Under the pieces are notes generated by a model that was given only the letters and a program-made list of their open reading frames with translations, did no database searches and had not been told where the DNA came from. A stretch of 64,000 nucleotides of DNA from Candidatus Hydrogenedentota bacterium (GTDB taxonomy: Bacteria > Hydrogenedentota > Hydrogenedentia > Hydrogenedentales > SLHB01): NCBI GenBank assembly GCA_963668025.2, contig CAXXTH010000010.1, positions 320,001 through 384,000 of the forward strand, read 5' to 3'. The translations under genes and the position numbers were made by a program. Every line of letters begins with the position of its first letter. The stretch's first letter is position 1. Shown piece after piece: positions 10,130 through 23,949 of the stretch.

Positions 10130-10471
10130 ATGTTCAGAAGAAAACTTAAGCGCAGACATCTCATTTTTTACTTGCGGGTTTTTGATCTCGATACCAGTAA
10201 ACTCATCGGGAATATCGCCGATATCACCACCGAAGGCGTTATGCTCGTGAGCGAGAGGCCCATGGATATTGGGCGGATGTATCACTTGTCCGTTAAATTC
10301 CCGGACCGTCTCGAAGAGGATACGGAATACACATTCCACGCGCGATGCCTCTGGTGCAAGCGGGACACCAATCCCAGTTTTTTGGTGTCGGGTTTCATGC
10401 TGGAAGACTGCGGGGATGAGCTTCGCGAAGAGATAAAGTATCTCATTCAAGAGATTGGCTTTAATGAATGA
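10130..10471 (+). CDS. Stand-alone PilZ-domain (c-di-GMP-binding) protein
   Basis: RxxxR (RKLKR) and DxxxxG (DITTEG) motifs; ~113 aa from ATG 10130 with GGGAG upstream. Confidence 0.8.
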   Translation: MFRRKLKRRHLIFYLRVFDLDTSKLIGNIADITTEGVMLVSERPMDIGRMYHLSVKFPDRLEEDTEYTFHARCLWCKRDTNPSFLVSGFMLEDCGDELREEIKYLIQEIGFNE

Positions 10472-10553
10472 AGCTGTGGAATATTAGTTAGCCTCAGGCG
10501 TTTCTACTGAAAGACAGCCATAAATAAACATGGCGCGGCATAGCCGCAACTAT

Positions 10554-10580
10554 GTAGGGTGGGGCTTGCCCCACCGCTCA
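10554..10580 (+). repeat. GTAG-family REP (GTAGGGTGGGGCTTGCCCCACCGCTC)
   Basis: Identical copies at 25593-25618 (minus) and 43945-43970; degenerate inverted partner at ~10853-10873. Confidence 0.8.
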
Positions 10581-10620
10581 AAAAATACGCCTAATAATCC
10601 CGGCATAACTATTTGAAATG

Positions 10621-10759
10621 GTAACACTTTAGCCAAGTGGTGCAAAATGACCGGCGAGGGCGCTGGTCGTCAGATGCAAAATGATGTATCAAGGCCGGCG
10701 AAAAGGAATAAACAAGGCCGACAAATACAAGATGCTACTTCAGCCGGCTACAGTCTTAC
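10621..10759. mobile_element. 139-bp MITE with IS66-type ends
   Basis: Begins GTAACACTTTAGCC (same as the IS66 left end), ends CGGCTACAGTCTTAC (IS66 right end CGGCTAAAGTGTTAC); 8-bp TSD TTGAAATG on both sides. Confidence 0.85.
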
Positions 10760-10931
10760 TTGAAATGCAATCATTTCCCAGGAAAACATTCACAAGAAAC
10801 AACACCTAGACAGATAGTAAGGCAAACTTACAGAGGGTATAACGGCAGCCTTTGGCGGGGCAAGCCCGCCCTGCTGGATTGTATAATCCTCGGCATCCGT
10901 GAAATCCGAAATATCGGTAGTATGGAGCATA

Positions 10932-11735
10932 ATGATGAGTGTGGTAAGCGCAGATCCATTTTGGGAAAAGATTCGTGAAGAAGTCGAGCGGGACACGCGG
11001 CAAGAACCGTTGCTGGCCAATTTCTTCTATGGCTGTGTGTTGAATCACCAAACACTCGAGGACACGCTCAGTTTTCTCTTGGCCACGAAGCTCGAGAGTT
11101 CGACCATCACCGCCGTATCGCTTCGCGAATTATTCGATCAGGCATTTCAAGATAGCCTACATATCCGTGAAGCCATCCGCGCCGACATCGAGGCGGTCGT
11201 CACGCGTGATGCGGCTTGCCGGGGCTATTCCCAGCCGCTGCTTTTCTTTAAGGGCTTTCATGCCCTCCAGTCATACCGCGTGGCGCATTATTATTGGGAA
11301 CAAGGGCGCATTCCGCTGGCGCTGTTTTTACAGACGCGCATCTCCCAAGTGCTGGCCGTGGATATTCATCCCGCGGCGCGCATTGGCAAAGGGATACTGA
11401 TGGACCACGCCACCAGCGTGGTGATTGGCGAAACGGCGGTAGTGGATGACGATGTCTCTATCCTGCATGAGGTGACGCTCGGCGGGACGGGCAAAATCTC
11501 GGGAGATCGCCATCCCAAAGTGCGCCGGGGCGTGTTGATCGGCGCGGGCGCTAAAATATTAGGCAATGTCCATATCGGCCAAGGGGCCTGGATCGGCGCG
11601 GGCAGCGTAGTGCTCACTGATGTCCCCGCCCATACCTCCGTCGCGGGCGTTCCCGCGCGTGTCGTCGGGCGTCCCCGGACTCAGCAGCCCGCCCTGGATA
11701 TGGAGCAAGTATTGGATATCGGCGGCGGCATCTAG
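10932..11735 (+). CDS. cysE: Serine O-acetyltransferase
   Basis: [34 protein letters not shown] and [14 protein letters not shown] hexapeptide-repeat motifs. Confidence 0.97.
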   Translation: MMSVVSADPFWEKIREEVERDTRQEPLLANFFYGCVLNHQTLEDTLSFLLATKLESSTITAVSLRELFDQAFQDSLHIREAIRADIEAVVTRDAACRGYSQPLLFFKGFHALQSYRVAHYYWEQGRIPLALFLQTRISQVLAVDIHPAARIGKGILMDHATSVVIGETAVVDDDVSILHEVTLGGTGKISGDRHPKVRRGVLIGAGAKILGNVHIGQGAWIGAGSVVLTDVPAHTSVAGVPARVVGRPRTQQPALDMEQVLDIGGGI

Positions 11736-12706
11736 CCGCGCGCGAGCATCCCAAGGGCCTTGTCGAGGGCTGTTTCCACGGAAATGGTTCCGAGGCAATG
11801 CGCAAGCCCTTTCGGGCAAACGCCTTCCTGTTCCATGCGTGGCGTTTCGGGCCGTGAAACGGGCGCATTCCAGCAACCTTGGCAGGGCCTGCCGTTCAGA
11901 AGCGCCAGGAAGCCGGGGTCATCCCGGATCAGTATGGCCGGAGCCGTCGGGCCAAACAGAGCCATTACGGGCGTTCCGGCGGCGCGGGCGAGGTGCATAA
12001 GGCCCGAATCGCCCGTAATCAGCAGATCCGAGGCATGTAGCACGCACGCGGCCTCGCGCACGGTAGTTTGGCCTACGAGGCATGCGCCCAGGCCCACCCG
12101 TTCATCTTCTCCATGGCCAACTTGCACCACTCCGGCGCCTTCATCCGCCAGTTTCCGGCACAACCCTCGCCAGTTTTCCAACGGCCAGCGTTTCGTGGGC
12201 CAAGTCGCTCCGGTGCAAATGGCCACAAGGGGCCTTTCTACCGGCAGCATGCCCAACTGCGGGGCGTCCCAATCAGGGTAATAAAGCCGGGGCCGGGCGG
12301 CAGGCATGGGAACGCTCGCATTACGGGCATATTGCGCTAAGCGGAAAACCGTGCGCGATGCGCCGCGCAGTAAACGATAGGCATCCACACGCACGGGGCT
12401 TTCATTGACGCTGTCCACGTACGGATGGCCGGTTAACAAGTCGGGATAATTGCACCATACCGTCAGCCTCACGCCCGGGTAGCGCGCCTTAATAGCTTCA
12501 TAAAGAGGAAGGGCCATCACTTCATCGCCCAAGCGCCAGCGGATCTCCGCAAGCATATGCCTCTGCCGCCCAAACCAGGGCAAAATTCGCCACCGCACGG
12601 CCCGGCTCATACGCCGTAAGCGGCGCTCAATGGGGCCGAATGGATCTTCATATGCGGAATAGTCTTGGCCCATGCGGACGATTTCCCTATTCAATGCCTG
12701 CCCCAT
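11732..12706 (-). CDS. Glycosyltransferase family 9 (heptosyltransferase-like)
   Basis: [17 protein letters not shown] and [19 protein letters not shown] motifs. Confidence 0.9.
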   Translation of the reverse strand: MGQALNREIVRMGQDYSAYEDPFGPIERRLRRMSRAVRWRILPWFGRQRHMLAEIRWRLGDEVMALPLYEAIKARYPGVRLTVWCNYPDLLTGHPYVDSVNESPVRVDAYRLLRGASRTVFRLAQYARNASVPMPAARPRLYYPDWDAPQLGMLPVERPLVAICTGATWPTKRWPLENWRGLCRKLADEGAGVVQVGHGEDERVGLGACLVGQTTVREAACVLHASDLLITGDSGLMHLARAAGTPVMALFGPTAPAILIRDDPGFLALLNGRPCQGCWNAPVSRPETPRMEQEGVCPKGLAHCLGTISVETALDKALGMLARG

Positions 12707-13053
12707 CGTACAAGAATCCTAAAGCATAAAAAAGGCAATGCGTCTGTTTTGCTTCATCTCCTTGGACTCTGGCTGAAGAAAAACCACCACCGATAGCCAT
12801 AGATGCTTCGTGATGACAATGCGACGCTATGCGTCTGCTTGATGCGTATAGCCATGGCGATTCTTACATACGGATTTGAGTGCGCAAGGCTTCTTTGGAG
12901 CGGGCTCATCTGTTTGCTATAATGCCCCGAACGATCTGGCGAAAGGGCTGGTGCGCCTGTAGGGCGCGGCTGCATGTGAATCCCTGTCTTTATATATTCC
13001 GTGTGTGAGCGGATAGGCGCAACATGCGCCTTGCGAAGGAGATAGCGTCGGAA

Positions 13054-13521
13054 ATGGACAACATCTATGTGTCGGCCGAGGGTTTAGAGAAACTCAAAGC
13101 AGAGCTGGCGGAGTGCAAATCCAAATCACCCGTGATCGCGGCGGAGATTGAGCACGCCCGCAGCTATGGAGATTTGCGCGAGAATTCGGAATACCATGCG
13201 GCGAAAGACGCCCAGGCGAAGAACCATGCCCGCATACGCGATCTCGCGGATAAAGTGGCCAGGGCGGTTGTCGTCGACGAGTCACAGTTGGACAGTTCGA
13301 AGGCGTATATGGGCGCGACGGTGCGCGTGTTGAATAAAAAGACGAAAAAAGAGTTTACGTACATCCTAGTAAGCCCGGTCGAGTCAGATATGTCGGCGGG
13401 TAAAATCTCGATGAAATCGCCGGTAGGCCAGGCCTTGACGGGCAAATCCGTGGGTGATGTAGTGGTCGCCCAAGTGCCCGCGGGCAACATCGAACTCGAG
13501 ATTCTAGAGATCTCGCGATAA
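13054..13521 (+). CDS. greA: Transcription elongation factor GreA
   Basis: ARSYGDLRENSEYHAAK and IS.KSPVGQAL.GK.VGD motifs; alternative start 13024. Confidence 0.97.
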   Translation: MDNIYVSAEGLEKLKAELAECKSKSPVIAAEIEHARSYGDLRENSEYHAAKDAQAKNHARIRDLADKVARAVVVDESQLDSSKAYMGATVRVLNKKTKKEFTYILVSPVESDMSAGKISMKSPVGQALTGKSVGDVVVAQVPAGNIELEILEISR

Positions 13522-13608
13522 AGCGGGCGCCCTAGCGCGGGCATCACATGGTCCAATCAACGCCTAACAGGGCGAAACCGGCAGCAGCAATCAAGGGGTA
13601 TGCACTCG

Positions 13609-16848
<3,240 letters not shown>

Positions 16849-16877
16849 GCCAAAGAAGAATATGGCCAATGGCCAAA

Positions 16878-16912
16878 ATGAAAGCGGCGGCATATGCCGC
16901 CGCTTTCATTTT
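16878..16912 (+). terminator. Palindromic hairpin after carB (related to GCGGC..GCCGC REP family)
   Basis: ATGAAAGCGGCGGCATATGCCGCCGCTTTCAT followed by TTT. Confidence 0.7.
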
Positions 16913-16969
16913 ACAATGCCAACGAGTCGAGTACGAGGTATTTGTGTTCCGGCGGCGCGTAGGCGATGG

Positions 16970-17400
16970 CGTATAATGGCTGACCGCATGACTCGGAGCG
17001 CCAAGAGCGGCGACACGGTATTTGATTACCGAGGCGACGGACTGAGGTGGAAGCGCTCCGTGGACAAAGCCGTTGCGAACGTGTACTATTGAGATAACAA
17101 CTACAGGGTTGTTAATGAACAACAAAACGGAAGTCCGTACCATCAGTTTACATATATAGGTCAAACATTGGCGCATAGGGATCTCAATGTGGGCACCCAA
17201 GCCGTCACATGGAAATACTATTATGGAGACCAACTCGGCTTCCACACGGCGGCTGCGGGATAGCGCAAAGATTTCCGTGGCTCAGTTTGAGTTTAACCCC
17301 CTACGGCCTTTTCTACGCCCAGTCTGGTTCGACTATCGCTACCACCCGTCTTTACACCGGCCTTGATTATGACTCTGTGGCTGCGTTCCACTTGAATTAT
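16970..17400 (+). pseudogene. RHS repeat-associated core fragment
   Basis: Stitched frames read DRMT..GDTVFDYRGDGLRWKR..VYY*DNNYRVVNE..WKYYYGDQLG/STRRLRD..VAQFEFN/PYG..LYTGLDYD: YD-repeat plus RHS core motifs, with a TGA and two frameshifts. Confidence 0.75.
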
Positions 17401-17637
17401 ACGAAAGACTTTGGCGGCGAAAGCACTTTTTATTCTGTGTTCATCAGCGATTTGCGTATGATGAACAGATTTCCCCGAAAAGCCCCGTAAGGCTTGGTGG
17501 CAGATCTAGATACATGCGATTGTGCTAATCGCTGGATGGACGAAATGCCCTTCTTGACCATGCATGAAGGTGCCGTTCGATGATTGGAGGAGATTCTCAT
17601 GTTCATTAGCAAATACGAGTGGATCGACAAGCTAGAC

Positions 17638-19009
17638 GGGTGTTCCCGCAGAATGCTTAAAGAAATCCTCGTGTCGGGTCGATAAGTATGCCGGACCCTT
17701 AACGGAGGAAGACCGATGGCAGCGATGGTGACAAGGCGCGACGGCGACACGTTCGAGGTGAGTTTCTCGCTGAGGCTGCGTGGTTCGATGCTCGATATGG
17801 AGGAGGCGGTCCAGGAGGCCCTGAACGGGGTGGGGCGCGCAGTCATGGCCGAGGCCCTGGCCCGTTTCGACACAGACGGCTCGCCCATCCGCGTCGGCGC
17901 CCACCACCTTCAAAACCAAGGGGCGCTTCGGCCAGACCTACGAGACGCCCCACGGCCCGGTCCGCGTCGAGCGGCACGTCTACCAGAACACCGCCACGGG
18001 CGGGCGCACCTTCTGCCCGCTGGAGCGGGACGCGCGAATGGTCATGAACGCCACGCCGCGCTACGCCCGGATCGTCAGCGGAAAATACTCCCGCATGGGC
18101 GCCGATGTCATGCGCCGCGACCTGCTCGAGTCGACAGGCCGCGCAATCTCGCGCGACTATGTGAAGAAGATCGGCGATTTTGTGGGCGCCCTGGCGCAGG
18201 CCAGGGAGGAGACGTGGGAGTACGAGCTGCCGGAATTGGACAGGCCGGTCGCGTCGGTGGCCGTGGGCCTGGACGGCACCTGCATGCTGCTCAGGGAGGA
18301 CGGCTGGCGTCAGGCGATGTGCGGGTCCATCAGCCTGTACGACAAGGACGGGGAGCGGCTGCACACGATCTACGCGGGCGCATCGCCCGAGTACGGCAAG
18401 CAGACTTTCCTCGAGCGCTTCGGCCGCGAGGTGGAGCGCGTGAGGGCGAGGCACCCGGCGGCGCTGTATATCGGCCTGGCCGACGGCGCGCCGGACAACT
18501 GGAAGTTTTTGACGCCGCGCACGGACCGGCAGATGCTGGATTTCTATCACGCGCGGGAATACGTGGGGAAGGCGGCGGAGGCGATTCACGGTCATGGCGC
18601 GCGCCGCCGGGAGTGGGAGGCGGACTGGAGTCACCGGCTGAAGCACACGAGGGGCGCAGCCGGACGCTTGCTGGAGGAGATGAAGGCGAGCTTGCCAAGC
18701 GTGCGCGCCCAGGCTTGCCGCGAGGAACTCGGCAAGGCGATCACCTACTTCGGCAATCACCGCTCGAAGATGCAATACTGGCGGCACACGGCGGAGCGCC
18801 TTCCCATCGGCAGCGGAGTGACGGAGGCGGCGTGCAAGACGCTGATCAAGCAACGCCTGGCATGCTCCGGGATGCGGTGGAAGGAAGCGGGCGCGAGCGC
18901 GGTGATCGCGCTCAGGTCGCTGGAGATGACCGAGGGCCGTTGGGACCAGTTCTGGCAACACGTGGCCCGCCACGGGGTCAATTGAGGTTATCATATTGAG
19001 GGAGCACCC
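17638..19009 (+). mobile_element. ISKra4-family insertion sequence (1,372 bp)
   Basis: Imperfect IRs GGGTGTTCCCGCA / GGGTGCTCCCTCA; 8-bp TSD AGCTAGAC at 17630-17637 and 19010-19017. Confidence 0.9.
17716..18985 (+). CDS. ISKra4-family DDE transposase with a frame change near 17900
   Basis: First frame RFDTDGSPI, second frame YETPHG.V.VERHVYQ..CPLE..ADGAPDNW..LDFYHA..PIGSGVTEAACK..KQRL..SGMRW. Programmed or mutational shift not resolvable. Confidence 0.85.
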
Positions 19010-19899
19010 AGCTAGACTTATGGGCGTGGCTCATTGCTTATGCTTGTATAATATTTGCCAGCATTAACCGCAAGAATGGGATTTATTGGCTCGTTGGAAT
19101 CCTGCTCGTTGGAATCCTTTTGTGCCATACTTTTTCTTGGTTTTTCTTTCTATTTATATATATTGCACTACAAGGTATCTTGCCAGATGAAGGTACTCCG
19201 GGTATTGGGTTTGGTCTAGTATTAGCTTTTCCAACCTCGTACGCCCTAGTAATTTTAGGGTCACCTTATATTTGTGCCGTGAAAAGACTGTGTAGGTGGA
19301 GCATTTTTCTACTTCTTTCTCAATATACTTTCTTCCTATCTGCCACTATTGTCTTCACAAAAATCTTGACTCCAGGAGGTTTCTATTCCGTCGCAATGCC
19401 GGAAATACTAGAAACACCCGAACTCTATATCGTACCATTGTGTGTATTATTAGTAATGTATTTATTATATTATATGTATAAAAATAAAGTATATAAAGGA
19501 ATTGTTGGAATAGTCGGATCTTATCTTTGTACCGCATTTTTGTTTGCATTATTAGTGGCTACCGATATTATTTATGATTATTGCGGTTATCTTGCATATG
19601 TCGAAGCTATGAGAACGCCTCTTCTTCTGGCGCTACATGTTGTTTTTAGTACAACAGTTGTACTTTTACCATATTTTATATGGGACATCCTTGATATGAA
19701 GTCAGGCAAAGACTTGAAGCTGGGAAAACGCTTATTCGATATTTATACCTAGATCTGGAAAGATATAACAACTGTGTATTTTGGGGTTGACAACTACACA
19801 ATCGTTAATAAACAGCAAGACGTAAGTCCGAGCCAACTGTTTATATATATAGGTCAAACACTAAATTGTGAGTATAACAAACATAAGCGGAGCCATATT

Positions 19900-20364
19900 A
19901 TGAATGAAATAATTGCGAGCGAAGGTATTCGAGCGTTATTATTCCTTGAGTATATTCTGTTTCTTTCAGTAGGACTCTTTAGTAAAAGAAAGAAAATGGC
20001 TGTAATAGTCTTTTTTATTTATAGCATATACATGTTATTGCTGGTAAAATTTTTATTCGTTGGCGAATTGTATCTGTTACTGGAAGTTTTATGGAGCTCA
20101 ATAGGCTTCTATTTCTGCTTTATCGTGTTCTATGCCTTTTTACCTGATCATTCGATGAAAGTGAGGTTTTTTTTATCAGGTGTTTTACCCGTAATGGCCG
20201 TGCTAATGAGTCTATTTTTATTCTCGTTTACTTTATACGTTGTACTTGATCTCGAAAACTTTCCGGATAAGAGATTATGTGTAGCCACTGCTATTCCGCT
20301 AATGCTAGTGTCGACAATTTTTGTGACAAATCTATTATGTGTATGGTTGTTAAAATTTATGTAA
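19900..20364 (+). CDS. Low-GC multi-TM hypothetical protein, 3' end cut by IS66
   Basis: GGAG-ATG at 19900; strongly hydrophobic; the TAA stop lies in the first bases of the IS66 (GTAA). Confidence 0.65.
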   Translation: MNEIIASEGIRALLFLEYILFLSVGLFSKRKKMAVIVFFIYSIYMLLLVKFLFVGELYLLLEVLWSSIGFYFCFIVFYAFLPDHSMKVRFFLSGVLPVMAVLMSLFLFSFTLYVVLDLENFPDKRLCVATAIPLMLVSTIFVTNLLCVWLLKFM

Positions 20365-21888
20365 CACTTTAGCCGTCTGGCGCAACTATAAGTAGCGTTT
20401 CGGTATAATATAGTTACAAGATGTTGTGGTTTTGGGCCAAGACGCCATGGCGACGGCAATAAGTGGCATTCCATTGGGACCGCTGCTCTCGGAGGAGCAA
20501 GCCCGAGCGATCTACGCATTGGGCGAAGATGCCGTGGTGTTTGCCCTGTTGGCGCAATCCAAGCTGCTGTCGGAGCAGCAGGCCGAGGCGGCGTTCACTT
20601 CCCACCAAACGCCCTCCACCCCTTCGGGCATGCAGCCAGTTTACGGGAAACCCCAGACGCCTGTGCGCGGCAAGAAAAAGCCGGGACGCAAGATGGGCCA
20701 CCCCGGCAGCCGGCGCGTGCCGCCCGAACGTATCGACCGGCGTGAAACACACCGCACCAAGGTGTGTCCCGACTGCGGCGGGCCGCTGGACCGCCGCGCG
20801 GAGACCCGCACGCGCTACACCGAAGACATACCCGAAGGCATCCGTCCGGAAATCACCGAGCATACCATTCACCGCGACTGGTGTCCGCGATGCAAGAAGA
20901 AAGTCGAGCCGGTTGTGGCGGCGGCCTTGCCGGGCGCGACCCTGGGCAACCGGGTGCTGGTCCTCAGCGCGTGGCTGCACTATGTGTTGGGCAACACGCT
21001 TTCGCAAATCGTGGAGGTCTTCGATTTCCACCTGCTTTTCCAGGTCACGCCGGGCGGGCTGCTGCACATGTGGCGCAGGCTGGCGGAGATTCTCCTGCCT
21101 TGGTACGAGGCCATTCACCAGGAAGCGCTGGACTCGGCGGTGCTCAACGCCGACGAGACCGGCTGGCGCGTGAATGGCAAGACCCGATGGCTGTGGTGTT
21201 TCGCCACCAAAGGGCTGAGCTTTTTCCTGATCGACCATTCGCGGGGGAGTCCGGCGCTCCAGCAGTTCTTCACGCGGGAATTCGCCGGAACGCTGGTGGC
21301 CGACTTCTGGGCCGCGTACAACGCCGTGGCGTGCGCCGCCCGGCAGAAGTGCCTCGTGCATTTGTTGCGCGAACTCGAGCACGTGGAGAAATACAAATCG
21401 CCCAGCCCGGCCTGGCCCGCCTTCGCCAAAAAGCTGCGCCGCCTGATTGCCGACGCCATCCGGCTGTGGCGGCGGCGCGGCGAGCTCGAACCGGAGGCGT
21501 ACGACTCGCGCCGCGCGCGCTTCGCCCGGCGCTTGCGGGACTTGTGCGATACGCCCTGGGAGGACGCCAACGCCAAGCGCCTCATAAAAAGGCTGCGCCG
21601 ACACCAGGATGAACTCTTCACTTTTCTCGGCCAATCAGATGTTCCCTTCGACAACAACTTGGCGGAACGCTCCATCCGTCCTGCCGTTATCCTGCGCAAA
21701 AACAGTTACTGCAACCGCAGCGACCAAGGAGCCGCCATACAAGCGGTGCTCATGAGCGTCTTCTTTACTTTGAAAAAACGCGGGCAAAACCCCGTCTGCA
21801 CCGTCTGCAACGCCCTGGTCCACTACCTCAACACCGGCCAATTGCCTCCCCTGCCACCGGAAAACACTTCAGTCGGCTAAAGTGTTAC
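20361..21888 (+). mobile_element. IS66-family single-ORF element (ISBst12-like), copy 1
   Basis: 15-bp IR GTAACACTTTAGCCG / CGGCTAAAGTGTTAC; near-identical to 62400-63927; flanks do not form a TSD. Confidence 0.93.
20426..21880 (+). CDS. IS66-family transposase
   Basis: PG...GHPG, CPDCGG..CPRC zinc ribbon, ADETGW, QKCLVHLLR, DNNLAERSIRP.V..RK motifs. Confidence 0.95.
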   Translation: MVLGQDAMATAISGIPLGPLLSEEQARAIYALGEDAVVFALLAQSKLLSEQQAEAAFTSHQTPSTPSGMQPVYGKPQTPVRGKKKPGRKMGHPGSRRVPPERIDRRETHRTKVCPDCGGPLDRRAETRTRYTEDIPEGIRPEITEHTIHRDWCPRCKKKVEPVVAAALPGATLGNRVLVLSAWLHYVLGNTLSQIVEVFDFHLLFQVTPGGLLHMWRRLAEILLPWYEAIHQEALDSAVLNADETGWRVNGKTRWLWCFATKGLSFFLIDHSRGSPALQQFFTREFAGTLVADFWAAYNAVACAARQKCLVHLLRELEHVEKYKSPSPAWPAFAKKLRRLIADAIRLWRRRGELEPEAYDSRRARFARRLRDLCDTPWEDANAKRLIKRLRRHQDELFTFLGQSDVPFDNNLAERSIRPAVILRKNSYCNRSDQGAAIQAVLMSVFFTLKKRGQNPVCTVCNALVHYLNTGQLPPLPPENTSVG

Positions 21889-22102
21889 TAAAATCCGTAT
21901 TGACAAGGGTTTACAAAGCGGCGGAATTGGCGCCTACCCCGGAGAATGCGGGGAAAGGGGCTTGGCGGGGGCATGAATAAGGATTTTTTGTGAAAAATCA
22001 CCCCAAATGCCCTCGGCGAGCGGGAAAAGGCGTAACGTCTCCCGTGTGTGATTGTAGTATAGTTGACCACATAACCACGCACACACCAAGGAGACGTTTG
22101 CG

Positions 22103-23485
22103 ATGGCCATTATACACCAAATGGGGTTGTTCTCGTGGAACCAGGTCGACGCGGCGTCGGATCTGGATCGGCTGAACCTGTTGCTGGCGGCGCTGCCGGA
22201 TGAAGATTTGATGCGGGCGATGGAAGCCGAACGCAAGGGGCGGCGCGACGATTATCCTATCCGCGCGATGTGGAACAGCATACTGGCGGGGATCGTCTTC
22301 CAGCACGACGGCGTCGAAAGCCTGCGCCGCGAACTAGCCCGAAACGGGCAATTGCGCCAGTTGTGCGGATTCGACGTGTTGCGGGGCGCCAAGGCGGTCC
22401 CGCCCGAATGGGTGTACACGCGGTTCTTCGCCAGATTACTGCGCCACTGGAAAGAAGTGGACCGGATGTTCGACGCGCTCATCGTCCGGCTGATGGAACG
22501 CTTGCCGGATCTCGGGGTGCGTCTGGCCGTAGACTCGAAAGCCATCCAAACCCACGCCAAGCCTCCGCGCAAAGACGCGGTCCTGGAAAACGAAGAGCCG
22601 GACGGGCGGCGCGACCGCGACGCAGACTGGGGCACGAAAACCTACAAGGGCGTTCACAAGGACGGCACGCCCTGGGAGAAGGTCAAACGGTGGTTCGGCT
22701 ACAAGCTGCACCTCATCGTGGACACGAAATATGAATTGCCGCTGGGCTACGCGGTCACGAAAGCCAGCGCCAACGACTCGCCCTTTCTGCTGCCCCTCGT
22801 GGCGGCTCTCGACGCGCGCCACCCCGAACTCGTCCAACGCGCCGAGTACCTCAGCGCCGACAAGGGCTATGATTCCGAAGCCAACAACAAGGGCCTCTTC
22901 GAGGAACATGAAATCCGGCCCATCGTGGACATCCGGGCGACCTGGAAAGAAGAACCGGAACGGCCCCGCCCTTTATATCCCGAACGGGTAGACACGATCT
23001 TCCATACCGAACGAGGTGAAGTCCTCTGCCGGTGTCGTAACGGCGCCCCAAACGAACGCGACAACTATGATTCCATGGCCTACCAAGGATTCGAGCAAGA
23101 TCGGGGAACCTTGAAATACCGTTGCCCAGCCAAGGCACGCGGGAGCGCCTGTACCCAGCAAGACCTCTGCAACCAAGGATGCCAGCCCGAACACGGACGG
23201 ATTGTCCGCGTGCCCATCGCTATCGACCGGCGCATCTTTACCCCCCTGCCCCGCAGCGCCAAATCCTGGCGCCGCGAATACAAACACCGCACCGCCATCG
23301 AGCGAGTCAACAGCCGACTCGACGGCGCATACGGATTCGAGCGCCACTACATCCGCGGTATGAAAAAGATGCGCGCCCGCACCGGATTAGCCCTCCTCGT
23401 CATGCTCGGCATGGCCCTGGGATGGCTCGAAGCCGGCCAGGCAGAACGCATGCGCTCGCTCCTCGGACAGCCCCGCGCCGCATAG
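22103..23485 (+). CDS. IS1182/IS5-like DDE transposase (DUF772-type N terminus)
   Basis: GRRDDYP, LRRELARN..LRQLCGF, AVDSK, DRDADWG, WFGYKLHL.VD, ADKGYD, YKHRTAIERVNSRL; AAGGAG RBS; probable right end ATTTCGCAAATGCCTC at ~23691. Confidence 0.88.
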   Translation: MAIIHQMGLFSWNQVDAASDLDRLNLLLAALPDEDLMRAMEAERKGRRDDYPIRAMWNSILAGIVFQHDGVESLRRELARNGQLRQLCGFDVLRGAKAVPPEWVYTRFFARLLRHWKEVDRMFDALIVRLMERLPDLGVRLAVDSKAIQTHAKPPRKDAVLENEEPDGRRDRDADWGTKTYKGVHKDGTPWEKVKRWFGYKLHLIVDTKYELPLGYAVTKASANDSPFLLPLVAALDARHPELVQRAEYLSADKGYDSEANNKGLFEEHEIRPIVDIRATWKEEPERPRPLYPERVDTIFHTERGEVLCRCRNGAPNERDNYDSMAYQGFEQDRGTLKYRCPAKARGSACTQQDLCNQGCQPEHGRIVRVPIAIDRRIFTPLPRSAKSWRREYKHRTAIERVNSRLDGAYGFERHYIRGMKKMRARTGLALLVMLGMALGWLEAGQAERMRSLLGQPRAA

Positions 23486-23949
23486 ATCACATCGAATCCG
23501 CACAAGCAATGATGGCCCGAATCAAGGGCAAACCATGCCCATTCGGGCCGCAAGGGTCCTACACGCGAACCTCCTGCATGATTTATTGCACCCGTAGCGG
23601 AGGCGTAATCCCATTGCCACAGGCGAAAACCGCTCCGCGTGTGCCCGCACCGTCCGCGCGTTCGCAAACCACGCTATTTCGCAAATGCCTCACAGTCGTC
23701 CATGGTTTCATTCGCGGCTATTTTGGCTTCTTCCTTCATCATGTTGTCGATAAATGAATCAGGAAACGGCGGAAGATCGCCAGCAGCACAGGAAAGAAGC
23801 AAAGAGTAGAATACGCTGAAGCAACAGATGATCCGTTTCATGGCCAGCCCTCAGGGATTATCAAATGCAAGTACTACACACAATAAACTAACTCTTATGT
23901 TTATACGCAACAAAGCTTATGTGGATACAACTGAAAACAGATACAAACA

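Larger units (their letters stand above)
17599..19752 (+). pseudogene. Low-GC multi-TM membrane protein (~257 aa) interrupted by an IS after codon 13
   Basis: GGAGGA-ATG at 17599 (MFISKYEWIDKLD) continues in frame at 19018 (LWAWLIAY...) into ORF 19120..19752 once the IS and one TSD copy are removed. Confidence 0.8.

Noticed and set aside
17716-18999. 427-aa ORF as a separate protein
   Set aside because: Only the first ~60 codons are transposase-like; the rest is an off-frame read-through.
23708-23841. 44-codon signal-peptide-like ORF (MKRIICCFSV...) on the minus strand
   Set aside because: Too short and next to an IS end; possibly a relic but not supportable as a gene.
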